This document shows, piece by piece, positions 51,336-64,000 of a stretch of DNA of 64,000 bases (position 1 is its first letter; every line of letters begins with the position of its first letter). Made by a program: the position numbers and the translations under genes. Source of the DNA: Glaucostegus cemiculus (Eukaryota). The notes beneath the pieces are model-generated. The model had not been told where the DNA came from and made no database searches. It saw only the letters and a list, made by a program, of their open reading frames with translations. Location: positions 3,472,001-3,536,000 of the forward strand of contig CDPCPM010000247.1 of assembly GCA_976551045.1 (NCBI GenBank), in the 5' to 3' direction.

Positions 51336-52599
51336 TACGTGGTTTTTTGCAGTTGGAGTCTCAACCTCACATCCAGGTATGGTGAATTAAAGTCCATCAT
51401 TGGTAATGAATTAATATAGGTGTAAATGAACACTGAATATAGTCTCCAATATGATGCATCTGTAAGTGCAATTACATGCAGATATCCAATTTGCACTTTG
51501 CTCCTGCAGATTAAAATAGCAATGTATCTAGTCTATGGTTCTGTTTTGTAACAACAATGATTAACGGATAATTATTTGCACTAAAAGTACACAAACTACT
51601 AACCAGTTTAATATACATGAAATAAATAAAAATTCAGTAATGTACCTCTGGAATTTCACTTGAATAAATATTTATGCTCATTGCTGGTCATTGCAGCTGT
51701 TGAAAGGCTTTAAGTGAAATAAAACAAAAACAAAATGCATGCAAGATGAGAAGATGGTGTGGGAAGGAGCATGTTTGGGGGAACTTTATTATTAAACTGT
51801 GTACCCTTAGTCACTCAAGGCCAGTAATATCTCCTCAGTGTCTCACTCCTCCAGAGTGTGACCTGGGCCAACAATGACTAGGCAGTGACTCCAAAAACAG
51901 TCTTATAAAAACTCCAAATTCAGTTAGATTTACATTGAAGTGCTTTTTTGCTACATGTGAATTGTGATAAATGCATACGTGTTTGGCTAGATATGTTATT
52001 TTGGATCAGTATTTTGCAATGATTGAATATATGAAATTGTAATATTTGTACCTTATCATACAATCAGCAATACTACAACTGATTCTCAAATTAAAGAAGT
52101 TTAATTCCATTTTAAAATCAAAGTTTAAGAATCATTCAAAAAGGAAAGGCAAGTGATCAACATGCAGTGCTGACAGTGTTCAATTAAGCTATGTAATTAA
52201 GACTGATAATCCGGGGAGACACATCTGGTCAGAGCAAGACTATTTTGAATGCAGTGACTGGATCAGGCATCTTTGGACTAGGAGTGAACAGGAAGTGATT
52301 TTATACATTGGAATGCTATCCTTGGATCAGCCATGCATTAATCTTGATTCAACTGTGGTGAAGGCAGAATAACTGATCACATTTCATATAGAACATTTTT
52401 GCTTTAGATTGCAGCAAAAGGAGTAATTGCAAAATCAGTCCTGCATTATTCCTTTGGTCAGCTACATTCCAGAAACAGGGTGGGGTAAGAGGAAGCTGAA
52501 AGAGAGGGATGACTCAGTGCAACGTGATAAATCCACCGCTGTCGCAGAGGTAAGGTCACTACAGAGAGAGCAAAATGAAACTCTAAAGCAAGACTTCCT

Positions 52600-53022
52600 T
52601 ACGTCAGCTGAGGCCCAGTTGCTAACATCGTCATCTCTGACTCAGCAGGCTATGGGTTCAAGTCCCACACCAATGCCTTGGGCACAAAAATCTCAAGTAA
52701 TAATCCAGTGGAGTACTTTAATGGGTGTAGCCTTCCAAACAAGGTGTTCAACTGAGGCTTAGCACAGCTACTCAGGAAGAGATAATAGACCTCATGGATT
52801 GGTTGAAAGAAAAACAAATGAGATGACCAGGTCTGCCAATCAGGATTTATCTTTCAATCAAAAATCAAGAAAACAGATACATTTGGTGATAATCATATCA
52901 TTATTTGTGGGAGTTGGTGGTGGTGTACAAATTGACTTCAGCTTCATATTAAAAAACTGGCCATACATGAATTTCGGACGATCTGAGCTTGTAAAATGTA
53001 TATAAGTACGTCTTCCTTTCTT
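52600..53022 (+). mobile_element. Deu-domain tRNA SINE (SacSINE1-like), near full length but diverged
   Basis: Box B gggttcaagtcccac, Deu-like core aggtgttcaactgaggc..agacctcatgg, tttgtgggagttggtg, tail tatataagtacgtcttcctttc. Confidence 0.7.
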
Positions 53023-53029
53023 CTATGTA

Positions 53030-53160
53030 CACTGATTGTCCCGCTGGAAGTGGATGTCACTAAGCATGTCCATACAAACGTAGGCACTGAGTAAGTTCAG
53101 TACTGGCTCGGCTGTAACACTTTCCACAGATGGACAGTCTGCTAGTACTCACTGTGAGAT
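53030..53160 (+). mobile_element. AmnSINE2-like SINE fragment
   Basis: ggctcggctgtaacactttccacagatggacagtctgctagtactcactgt matches GGCTCGGCTGTGATGCCCTCCAC..GCCTGCCGACACTCACTGT. Confidence 0.5.
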
Positions 53161-53573
53161 CAATGGTTGTTTATGGAACTAACTTTCTCAGCAGAAAGGA
53201 CTTCTACTCCATGAATGTACAGATTGCAACAATGTACAATGGGTTCAGCATGTTAATGTAGGTTTCCAATTATTAAAATGTAGCTTTCTTTGAACTTTAC
53301 TCAGAAGAAGATTTCATCAGTAGTGGCTTTGTGAAACAAAAATCCCTTTCCCACAGTAATGATGCCACTGTGATTACAACAGCAGTGGAGCACTGCATTG
53401 AGGCACATCTTCTTTCAGTTAGTCATTGACCTGGCCTAAAAATGACGCTGCCACCTTGACAAGTAAGGAGCAAATCGGAAAGATTTCCCACCTTGATTGT
53501 CCAGCATTGTTCTGACCCTCCTGTCTCCTTCACAGCTCAGTTACATTAGAAGGGGTAGACTTGGAAATTACTG

Positions 53574-53732
53574 GGAGATGGCCCCAGTACCTGTGGAAGC
53601 AAATTTGCAAGGATGCCAACACCACAGTTGTTGGGTTGTCATATTTATTGGCTTCTGAGAAGTCAATAGATATGATTATCACAGCACTGCCACCCTTGCA
53701 AATTTGCTTCCACAGGTACTGGGGCCATCTCC
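53574..53732. repeat. ~160-bp palindrome with perfect 39-bp outer arms
   Basis: 53574-53612 is the exact reverse complement of 53694-53732. The inner 18-bp arms (53639-53656 and 53658-53675) pair with 2 mismatches. Confidence 0.95.
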
Positions 53733-55273
53733 TGATCACTGACATCATCCATTCAGCAATAATGTTTGTCATTGCTACTTTAATAACTTCCCATCATGGT
53801 CATGTCGGAAAAGCACACCACATCTATTTTCCCCCCATCTGATTGTGCCAATATCAAAAACAAAAGAAGAGATCAGCATGACGTGTGTACACATTCCCGT
53901 ATAGTTTTAATTTGCAAGAAAATCAGCAAACCTAAGTAAACATTCTCCTTTAATGCAGTAAACTTCTCTTAATTTACCTGGGAAGGCAAGATAAATATTC
54001 CCAGATTGTAAATTCTAAATTTCAATGATAATTGCTAATATTGGCAACATTAAAATAGAATTAAAATTATACAGAAACACAGGGCTTTTAATTGCAATTG
54101 ATTTAGTGTGTTTTCTTCACATTTCCCTCTCTTTGGTTGACCAGAGGCAGATGTGATTCTGTAAAGTGGAATACAGTTCGGTAAAAGTCTATTCTACACT
54201 ATCATTGAATTTTATAGCCCAGAAAGCGAACATCTTTCCTCACCAGTCCTGGGTCCATTCAGTCTAATTCCCTGTCCCATAAAGCTTTAGAGTTTTATTC
54301 CTCAAATCATTATTTACTTCTGATTGATCACTTTTATATTTGCCATCCCATGTCCTCAAAAGCTACCTTCATTTCCTAAATAGGCACTCCCTGTTGGTTA
54401 GGTGTCTAACCACCAAATATAATGTTACAGATCTGTTTTTTTTTAAAACACCCAAACACTACAAATTAACCAATATATAGAACAGAGCGATAAAAGGGAA
54501 GATGCTTTGATGCCTCATGGAGTTGGTATCCATTCTTAATTACTCACACAGTATTGCTATGAGTGATCACCGAATTCTCCCACTGCTGTCATGATTCTTT
54601 GTGTAACTGCATGTGGAAAAAATGTTAAATGTATTTCTGTGTAGGAAGCTTATTGATGAACATTATATTAAACTGAGCAAGCTGGTAAGGATAATAAATT
54701 GGATAAAAGACAGAAAACATGGTGTAATAAATTAGGAACGTGTTGAGTGGAGAATTGTCAATGGTAACATTCACCCGTTGGTCAGTAATTTAGGGTTTTT
54801 TCTCCTCAAATATAGGATGAGGTTCATACATCTTAAAAAGAATGGGTGGACTCATTCCTAAATCATAAAAATTCTTTGTTTCAATTGATATTTATTTCTA
54901 TTTTATTGTTGCCTATGTTAGCAACTATCATTTCCACCCCCAGCAAAAAAAAATCAGCTTCCTCTCTCAAGGAAAGAGATTTAGAATTTACAATCTGGGA
55001 ATGTTTATCTTGCCTTCCTAGGTAAATTAACTGAAGGGAAGTTGACTGCATTAAAGGAGTATGTTTACTGATTTTCGTGCAGATTAGAACTATGTACACA
55101 TATGCCATGCTGATTTCTCCTTCAGCTCTTGATATTGGCACAATCAGGGAGGGGAAAAATATGTGTTGCGTTCCAACATCACCAGACCGTTGAAGTTGTT
55201 AAGGTAGCAATGTCAAAAATATATTGCTGAATGGATGATTTCAGTGATCAGCTGTGCCCTTGCTGTTTACAAC

Positions 55274-55440
55274 AGTCAATAAATGATTATCACAGCACTT
55301 GACCCCCTCTTGCATATTTGCTTCCACAGGCACTGGGACATCTCCCAGTAATTTCCAAGTCTAGCCCTTTTAATATGGCTGAGTTATGAAGGAAACAGAA
55401 GGATCAAAGCAATGCTGAACATTCAAGGCAGAAAAACCTT
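55274..55440. repeat. Diverged copy of the 53.5-53.7 kb sequence
   Basis: 55309-55440 is an inverted copy of 53480-53611, and 55274-55345 is a direct copy of 53661-53732. Confidence 0.9.
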
Positions 55441-55494
55441 CTGAGCCCCTCCTTGCATGCAAAGGTGATACCATGATTTTTAGGCCATTTTTTT

Positions 55495-56465
55495 TAGACC
55501 ATACAGAATCATAGAACCATTGTAGCACAGGAGGAGGCCAACACCCCATTAATTCCACGCTGGTTGCTTGTAGTACAATCTGTTCAGTACCATTTACCAC
55601 CCCCATTCACACCACATAGCTGGGAAATCGCTTTCCCTCCTGTATCTATTTAATTCCTTTCAGAAAGATCTAATTGACTGTTTCCACCAAGTTTACAAAC
55701 AGTCAGCTTGGACCATAACAATTCTCTGTGTAAAAAAAATTCCTCACACTCTCTGTGACTGCTCATCTGTGTTCTCTGATCTTTGAACTACTCACTGTCT
55801 AAATAAAAAGTATTACCTCATGTCACATTTGGTTCTTTTTCCAATTATCCTAACATCTGATTCTGGACCATCCAACCAATTTTTCACTAATTACTTTGTT
55901 CATATCCTTTATTATTTTAACACTTTTTAATACCTCTATTACATCTCACTGCAACTGTCTCCACTCCAAGAACAGACCTAGCTTCTTTCCCTAGGACTAT
56001 TCTCTGGTCAATATTTTTCTTCACCTGCAGTTTGATTATCCTTCTCAAATTTCAGTGAGCAATATTCAAGTTATGGATAAACCAGATTCCAGAGAAGTTC
56101 ATCATAACTTTGTCGATGATTGCTTAGGAATTTTATGCCAGATGCTATTTTATCCTCTTTCTCTGTTCTGTCACCTTCACATACTTATGTGCATGCACAC
56201 CCAGCTTCCTCTTTTCCTGCAACCCCTTCAGAAATGAACTCTTAATTGTTTCTTTTTGTTCTTTCCACACAAATCTGCTCTCCTGTGTTAAATTTGATAT
56301 GCTGTATGTGTGCCCACTAAACCAGTCTATCGCTGAGCTCATGCCAAAATATGTGTCATCTGCAGAATGCCTCTTGTGCACCCCAGTCCGAGTCATTAAT
56401 ATATTTCAGGAACAGTGCTAGTGCCTGCACTGGTCCCTGGGAACATCGCCATCAAATTTCCTTCC
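55495..56465 (-). mobile_element. CR1 LINE 3' portion, decayed
   Basis: Tail catacagaatcatagaa; gtgtcatctgcagaat (SADDT on the minus strand); cactggtccctgggaac (VPxG motif). Confidence 0.75.
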
Positions 56466-57639
56466 TCACCTCTTGAAAGTTCAACCCTACTGGAAGTATT
56501 TGGCAGCAAGGAATGAGGTCCTGTAGTTCTGCAACAGAGGCAAGGCTGGGATTCAAAATCCCATGGAGAAGGGGGCAGGGAGAAGGAGAGTTGTCCTGTG
56601 CAGTCCAGTGAAAGGGGAACCTTGAGTTTGATTAGTGAGGCACAGTATATGGAGTTTGACTTACTTATAGATTTCTAAGTCTGGAAGAACAAATTCCTAC
56701 ATTTCCAATTCATCATTGCAACTACTTAGAATTAAGTCCTGGAGGAATGTGTGTTTTGTAAGACAAATGGATAAATTAATGTATATTTCATTCTGGAGTG
56801 CCGTCTCTCTGAAATAGTAATTAAAACAACCATACAAATGAAATCTTACTAAAACAACATTATGATAAAATACCAATTAAGGACTGCAAAACACAATCAA
56901 ATTTACATCAACTGTGTCAGAGGGAACAAGGTCAGCGATCAAAAATCTTTTGCAAATAAGTAATCTTTTCACTCCCAATCATAGAGAAATTAACTCAAAA
57001 CATTATTTATTTGACAAATTGAGGGCAGAGAATTTTCATTAAAAATCAGACAACAAAATGTTATATATTATCAGATAATACACATAAAACCCCTTAAACA
57101 GTTGGTGGCATTTTCCACTCAACAGCTAATAATTAGCATTTCATTCACTTATAACAGCTGTATAAACAATTCTCACATCATGATTAACTGTAGACAATGG
57201 GACACTGTTTCTCTCAACCTGACACTTCATGCAGTTAAAAAATGAAGTTAATATTTTTCATTTAAAAGTTCAGCTGAAAACCTATTCAAATTTATAAATC
57301 TCATCAAATAGCACCAAAGACAAACAAAATGCTGTTCTCCACAAGAGCATGACTTTTCCTTGGTAAAATATATGATCAAAATATTTATAAATGAACATTA
57401 GTGCAGGAACAATTGTGTAAATGACTGTCATATCTGGTCTGTTTCCTCTCACACAGTGAGTTTGCTGGCCTCGAAGATTTTCAACAAAAATTCAACTGAA
57501 TAAAGGTTTTGAAAGTTTCTTTAGCTTGAATAACATTATTCAACAGATAGCATAAGAGCTGAAGCGAAAATAAATTGTATTGTTCTGATTAAATCCTGCC
57601 AGAGCATCCTGGGAAATTCCATCATTAGAATAAAATATT

Positions 57640-58340
57640 GTGGATTCTGAAAACTTGAAGCAAAATCAGCAAATGCTGGAAAACTCAGCAGGCCAGGCAG
57701 CATATGCGGACAATAGAGAGGGGTTTCAAGATGCAATGAAAGTTGGTGGGGGTGGGGAGGAGAGAAGATGGTAAGGATCTCTGGTAGGGAAGAGAGAGAT
57801 TAAATTTCAGGGGAATGACTGCACAAGAAAAAAAATGGTGGTAATGGGATAAGTAAAGGGACAGAAGGTCTATTTGGAGGAGATGTAAATTAGAGGAAGA
57901 AGAATAGTTAACCAAATTACCAAAATTAAAAATGCAAATGCTGTAAATCTGAAATATAAAAGGCTGGAAGTGTTGATGATCTGAGGTTGATAAACTCAAT
58001 GTTGAGGCCAGAAGGCTGCAATAAATAGTCAGAAGATGATGTACTGTTCCTTGAGTTTATGTTAAGCTTCATGAGGCAATATAGGAGTCAAGAAGAGTGA
58101 AGGAGCAGAACAGAAATTAAAATCTCAAGCAACTGAAAGATTAGGATCATGCTAAATGGAGGTGTTTTGCCAAATTGTGAACCATTCGTTGCAGAGGAGA
58201 TCAAATCATGAGCAGCAAATACAGCATATTAAATTGAAAGGACAAGTAAATCATAGTTTGACCTGAAAGATTGGGATCCCAGAGAGTAGGAAAGGAGGAG
58301 GTAAAATGGTAGGTGTTGCATCTCCTATGGTTGCAACTTT
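57640..58340 (-). mobile_element. Penelope-like element remnant
   Basis: aactcaatgttgaggccagaaggctgca..aagatgatgtactgttccttgagttt is the reverse complement of KL.EQ..IF..LQPSGLNIEF. Terminal motif aaatgctggaaaactcagcaggccaggcagcat. Confidence 0.75.
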
Positions 58341-58379
58341 CAGGTACTTGCTGATGATGAAAAGTATTATTCCTGCCAC

Positions 58380-58880
58380 ACGTAAGACTGGCAATGACAA
58401 TCTCCAAACTTGCTCTTCACATTCAATGGCATTGGCATCATCACAACATGACCATCAATGTCCTGGGGTCACCACTGACCAGAAACTTAATTGCACTAGT
58501 CACATAAATACTATGGCTGGAGAGCAGGTCAAAGGGTATGTGTTTTGTGACACTTCAAATCCTTTTCACTGGCTCCAAGGCACAAGTCAGGAACATGAAG
58601 GAATACCTGCTACTTGCCTGGATGAGTTCAACTCCAACAATACTCAAGAAACTTGACACTATCCAGGATAAAGCAACCTGCTTAACTGGCACCCTATTCA
58701 CTACCAGCAGACTGTGGCTGGAAAGTGTACCATTTACTGAATACACTACTGTTACTTGCCAAGATTACTCCAGTGGCACTTTTCAAACCTATGATCCCTA
58801 CCAGCATGAAACTCAAGAGCAGCAGGTGCTCAAGAACACCATCATTTTCAGATTCCCCTCCAAGTAGCACAACACCCTGC
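58380..58880 (+). mobile_element. CR1/L2-group LINE RT C-terminal fragment
   Basis: PGVTTDQKLNCTSHINT and KAQVRNMKEYLLLAWMSSTPTILKKLDTIQDKA. Confidence 0.8.
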
Positions 58881-59770
58881 CATTGCAATTTATCACTTTT
58901 CCTTCGGCTCACTGCCACTTTCTTAAAGCCAGTCAGAGACAGACAATTAGCAGCATGGCTCAATATATTGCAAATGCATTGAAAATTCTACTTTTCCTTC
59001 TCTAGATCCACTGATCTTCAAAATTCGATTTTAGTTGCAAGAATGAACACTGGACCTCTGAAATTGTGCCAGTGATCCAAATCCAAGTGTTCCTCATCCC
59101 AATCTTAGTATAAGTTCTTGAGCAAGTATCCATTGTTTTCCACTGTTTGGACAATTTCTTGAACATTCTTAAGATTCACCCAAATCTCCACAGCTTTGAG
59201 CTTCATGAACAGTTTTTTTTTTATTTGGAATTACGTCAAATTGATTGACTAGGTACAAGACATCATCTGGCCTTTCATTGTCTATTTGAGTTGCCTATTT
59301 CAGGTTGAAAGGTCAAGCTAAGTTTCCCTTTCTGAATTCACATTGGAAATGAAAATACCTCCATTCTGCAGCAACATTAGATTGTTGCAAGAATGAACTG
59401 ATGTGTATGCAACATTTATTCTGGAAAAAAATCGTATTAACTACCGTAATAGAGTGTATTTTAAGCTCTGAAAACTGGTCAGGGTGATGATTTCTCAGGG
59501 GATGACAGTCAGACTTGCCCATGCACCTTGGGTGGTTCAACTGCACAGAGACTGATGCCGGTGAGTTGAGGCACATTGGGATGAGGCAGGGTGGAGGTGA
59601 TGGAAGTGGGAAACAGGGGTACTAGAGGAAAGCAATAATAATAGGGAATTAGAAAGATGGTGTGGTACTTCTTCAGCTGTAGTTAAGATTTTAGGATGAA
59701 ATGCTGCCTCCATGTGCCAAAGTGAAGTTTGTAATTGAGCAGCTCCGAGCAATTTTGAACATAAAAATAT

Positions 59771-60970
59771 ATTGGTATTGGTTTATTATTGTCACTTGTA
59801 CTGAGGTACAGTGAAAACCTTGTCTTACAAACCGATCATACAGGTCAATTCATTACACAGTGCAGTTACATTGTTAGTACAAAGTGCATTGATGTAGTAC
59901 AGGTAAAAACAGTAACAGTACAGAGTAAAATGTCACAGTTACAGAGAAAATGCAGTGCAATAAGGTGCAAGATCACAACAAGATAGATTGTGAGGTCATA
60001 GTCCATCTCATTGTATAAGGGAACCATTCAGTAGTCTTATCACAGTGGGGTAGAAGCTGTCCTTAAGTCTGGTGGTGCGTGCCCTCAGGCACCTGTATCT
60101 TCTACCCGATGGAAGAGGAGAGAAGAGAGAATGTCCCGGATGAGTGGAGTCTTTGATTATGCTGGCCGCTACACCAAGACAACGAGAGGTAAAGACAGAG
60201 TTCAAGGAGGGGAAGCTGGTGTCTGTGATGTGCTGGGCTGCGTCCACAACTCTCTGCAGTTTCTTGAAGTCCTGGGCAGAGTAGTTGCCATACCAAGCCA
60301 TGATACATCCAGATAGGATGCTTTCTAAGGTGCATCGGTAAAAGTTGGTGAGAGTCAAAGGGGACAAACCAAATTTCTTCAGTCTCCTGAGGAAGTAGAG
60401 GCGCTGGTGAGCTTTCTTTGCTGTGGCATCTACGTGGTTTGACCAGGACAGGCTATTGGTGATGTTCACACCCAGGAACTTGAAGCTGTCAACCCTCTCA
60501 ACCTCAGCACCATTGATGCATGTACACTGCCCCCTTTCCTGAAGTCAATGACCAACTCTTTCATTTTGTTGACATTGAGGGAAAGGTTATTGTCATGACA
60601 CCATTCCACTAAGCTCCCTATCTCCTTCCTGTACTTCAACTCATCACTGTTGGAGATATGACCCACAATGGTGGTATCATCTGCAAACTTGTAGATGGAG
60701 TTAGAACAGAATCTGGCCACACAGTTGTGAGTGTATAGGGAGTAGAGTAGAGGGCTGAGGACACAGCCTTGTGGGGCACTGGTGTTGAGAATAATCGTGC
60801 CGGAGGTATTGCTGCCTATCCTCACTGATTGTGGTCTGTTTGTTAGAAAGTCAAGGATCCAGTTACAGAGGGAGGTGCTGAGTCCTGGGTCTCGGAGTTT
60901 GGTGACAAGCTTGCTTGGAATTATTGTAGTGAAGGCAGAGCTGTAGTCAATAAACAACAGTCTAACGTAT
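59771..60970 (-). mobile_element. Rex1/Babar retrotransposon, 5'-truncated, relatively young
   Basis: ORFs 60466-60978 ([34 protein letters not shown]) and 60008-60469 (KKAHQRLYFLRRLKK..SFYPTVIRLLN) are joined by a frameshift. The 3'UTR ends AATAAACCAATACCAAT. Confidence 0.95.
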
Positions 60971-60971
60971 A

Positions 60972-61330
60972 TGAACACAAGAAAGAGAATCAGAAGCAGG
61001 CCATTCAGCCCTTTGTGTCTACATTGCTATTCAAAATCATAGCTAATCTTTTACCTCAGTCCAACTTTCCTACACCAATCTCATATCCCGTGATGCCCTT
61101 AATGTGTAAAAATCCGTTATTTCTGTTTTGAATATACTCTTGGCTTAGATTCTACTGCTCCCTTGAGTATAGAATTCCAAAAATTCACTGCCCACTGGTT
61201 AAGAAATGTCTCCTCTTCAGTCTTGAATAGCCAACCCCTTATTTTGATGTTGTGTCCTCCACCTCCACACATCGCAGCCAGATGAAACATCATCCCCACA
61301 TCTGCTCTGTAAAGATCCATAAGAATATGT
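60972..61330 (-). mobile_element. CR1 LINE 3' end
   Basis: Tail gaagcaggccattcagccc; the minus-strand ORF has GHNIKIRG..F..Q.AVNFWNS. Confidence 0.8.
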
Positions 61331-61399
61331 GTATTTGTATGCATGGTAAAGGTGCAGTGTTGTAGTCCAAAATCAGTAGTAATGGCACAGATAGAAAAA

Positions 61400-63140
61400 G
61401 GAGTGAGATTGTGCAGAAAGATTTGAGGGAACTAGGGACAAAGGAAACCCATATGCATAGGTCAAAGCTTGTCATTGCCAGATTATCTCCAGTGCCATAC
61501 ATTGTGACTACAGAAAAAGGAGGGCAGTGCAGCTGACCACATGGCTATAAAGATGATGTAGGAAGAAGTGCTTTAGATGACTAGAGCACTGAGACATCTT
61601 TGGGGGAGGTGAGACATTTAAAAGCCAAATGGATTGCAAAACTCAATAGAATAATGGGGATTTCTGCTTGGGATCTTGGGAAGAGTTAAAACTAGCCTGG
61701 CAAGGGAATGAAAAACACACCATACATTTAGAAGGTAGCAATACAAGACTAGAAATGGCAGACAGAGAAATGAAAAATAAGTTTGGAAGACAGAGGGAAC
61801 AAACACTATAAAATAAACAACAAAGGAGTTTGGCAATGTTTAATGGAGTATACATGAATGCAAGGAATGTGGTGAATAAGGTAGATGAGGTGATGGCACA
61901 GATACACTGTGGGAAATTGGATACTATAGCTATGACTGAAACATGGCTTAAAATTTTTTTTTAAAATTTTACTTACAGCGTGGTAACAGGCCCTTTCGGC
62001 CCAACGAGTCCGCACTGCCCATTTTAAACCCCCAAATTAACCTACCCGTACGTCTTTTAGAATGAACAGGAATTGCAAATCATCATTACAAGTACAGGGT
62101 TTTCAGTTGCGATAGGGGAAATTAAGAAGAAGGTCAGGGGTTGGGTAGTTAAAGGCATCGTTTAAAAGAACCATTACAGCTGTGAGGGGAGATCACATGA
62201 TAGAAGAATCCCACAGGGTGAACTGAATCAAGTATAAATCAGGTATCACAATCTAGGAGCATATTTTTAGACCCCACAGTGGGCTAATATAGACATTTCT
62301 TGTAAGTACATAATCTACCATAATATTAACTGGTATGGAATCAGTTTAAAAGGTTTGAATGGCAATGAATTCTTGAAATGCATTCAAGGGATCTGTTTTA
62401 GCCAGTATGTATTGTGCTAAACAAGAGAAGGGGAAGTTCTGGATAAGTTACAGATGGAGAATGAAGCTGAGCAGTGGAAGAGGTAACTGTGGGACAGCAC
62501 TTTGGTGATGGTAATTATATTTAGTTATATTTAGCATGGTCACAGAAAGGTCCAAAGATAGATCGGGGTAAAGTTCTGAATTGGGGGAAGGGAAGCTTTA
62601 CTAGACTAAGATATAATTTAGTGAAAGTAAACTGGAAACAGCTGCTTGAAGGTAAACTAATGGCAGAGCACTGGTAGGCATTCAAGAAGGCGATAGTGAA
62701 GGTTCAGAGCAAATTGATTCCCTAAGAATAAAAGGATGGGATGGTCAAGTCTAGAACCCTGAATGTCAAAGTGCATCTAGGGACAGATAATGCAAGAGAA
62801 GCTTATATCAGATTCCATGATCTAAATATACTACAGAAAGACTTGAGGTGTATAGAGTGCAGAGGTCAGAGTAAGAAGGAACCTGGAAAAAGCAACCAGA
62901 AGACATGAAAACGTCAGTACAAGTGAAAATAAAGGAATTTTTTTCCACCAGAAGTACATGAAAAGCAGAAACATGATTAGGGAAAGACTAGGGCCTCTTA
63001 GAAACTGAAATGCAATCTGCGTGGTCAGGTGGAAGACTTGAGGCACAGTGTTTCGTGAGTAGCTGCATCCATCTTTACAAAATATGAAGAAAGAAAGGAA
63101 ATAGTGGAAGGTCTTACTATAAGGGAAGAACGAGTTGGAT
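61400..63140 (+). mobile_element. CR1 LINE 5'/internal portion (ORF1 end and ORF2 endonuclease), decayed
   Basis: YMNARNVVNKVDE, IAMTETWL, FLKCIQ...FSQYV..TREG.VLD and HFGDG motifs of the CR1 endonuclease. Confidence 0.8.
61949..62064 (-). mobile_element. 5'-truncated young V-SINE inserted into CR1
   Basis: Near-identical reverse complement of the 3' part of the SINE at 34797-35033. It interrupts the CR1 right after TETWL. Confidence 0.9.
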
Positions 63141-64000
63141 ATTTTCACTGGAGTTGAAAATAATAAGGTGACCTTAATGAAAGGTATAGAATTCTGAAGA
63201 GATTTAACAGGATGTATGCTGGAGAATCTAGAGCTAGGGGACAGTCTCAGGATACATGAATGAACATGCAGGACTGTAATGAGGAATTTCTTTACTTAGT
63301 AGCTTCAGAATTGTTGGAATTCTCAACTCATTCAGCAGTGGATGCTCACTCATACAATACATCCAGAGATTTCTGGAACCTAGAAGAATCAAGGAATACA
63401 GAAATCAGGTAGGAGAGTAGATTTGAGGAAGATTAACTTTGAATTGTAGCTTTGTGGCCTATACCTATTCTTAAGAGTTTATAAACTGATTATGATGTAC
63501 AGAATTATACTGGAATTGTATAGAACACATCATCCCAGAATTAGCGGACCACATTCATTTACCGTTCACCACATTGCAGGAAGGATGCACTTGCAGGAGA
63601 GAGCACAAACGAGATTTATGAGGATGTTGAAAGAGTATCCTAACCAAAAGAAAAGTGTGGATAGGCTGAAGTTGTTTTCACTGGAACAGAGTTGGCCGAG
63701 GACAGAGTTAATTGATGAATGTAAAAATAAGAGGGGTTCAGAAAGGATCTATATCCCACAACAGAGAAAACAGCTTCCAGAGAACAGAGGTTCATGGTGA
63801 TTAGTAGAAAGTAAAGGGAAGTTCTCTCATAGGCTTTTAGGGATCTGAAAGTAATTGCCTGAAAGGGTGGTAGAGGATACGGATTTAATGTGAAATGCCG
63901 TAACCTACCAGATTTGAAATTGGAATTGTGCTGGATGGTTTTTAACTCAGTCAGTAGGGATCTGGTGGGCTGAGCTGTCTCATTTTGGTTTTGTAAAATT
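63140..64000 (+). mobile_element. Two tandem CR1 3'-end fragments
   Basis: ttttcactggag..ggtgaccttaatgaaaggtata (63140-63475), and a second copy with ERAQTRFMRML..RLKLFSLEQ (63490-64000). Confidence 0.75.

Larger units (their letters stand above)
44472..64000 (-). other. Last intron of ERC1 (partial; penultimate exon not seen in window)
   Basis: Lies upstream of the acceptor at 44472-44473. No further ERC-like coding segment was recognised, and the region is TE-rich. Confidence 0.7.

Noticed and set aside
53530-53842. Opposite-strand ORFs sharing RWPQYLWKQICK
   Set aside because: A direct consequence of the DNA palindrome, not evidence of coding.
59545-59600. gttgaggcacattgg resemblance to LF-SINE
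   Set aside because: The match is only about 15 bp, too short to support a call.
60008-60978. RT ORFs as an active or domesticated gene
   Set aside because: 5'-truncated and frameshifted. An ordinary Rex1/Babar insertion.

Overview
AT-rich eukaryotic genomic DNA. The repeat families (V-SINE/HE1-like, Deu-domain SINE, Rex1/Babar, CR1, L2, Penelope, Harbinger) point to a cartilaginous fish, probably a batoid (inference). One host coding exon is clearly recognisable, and the ORF track misses it: the 138-nt terminal coding exon of ERC1/ELKS on the minus strand (44334-44471, LNAELEQCEKESSQLQDYANTILQQIADHCPDILELVVNALEESS*). Everything to its right looks like ERC1 intron, and its 3'UTR runs leftward. 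About 28 kb further along the minus strand is a broad CpG-retaining domain (~10-21 kb) with a promoter core near 15.7 kb. A minus-strand first exon there ends in ATG CAG|GTGAGT (14443-14438). Vertebrate ERC1-WNT5B / ERC2-WNT5A synteny and the two-codon first exon of WNT5A suggest this is the distal first exon of a Wnt5 gene, probably wnt5b; exon 2 is not in the window. The rest is decayed transposons, including a two-gene Harbinger fossil, Tigger-like MITEs, a Penelope-derived hairpin element and a ~160-bp palindrome, plus repeat-free blocks that may be enhancers. Almost all ORF-track entries are spurious or TE remnants. I see no clearly new multi-gene system; the best leads are regulatory or splicing features. 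Repeat family names come from recalled consensus motifs, not a database search, and repeat boundaries are approximate.
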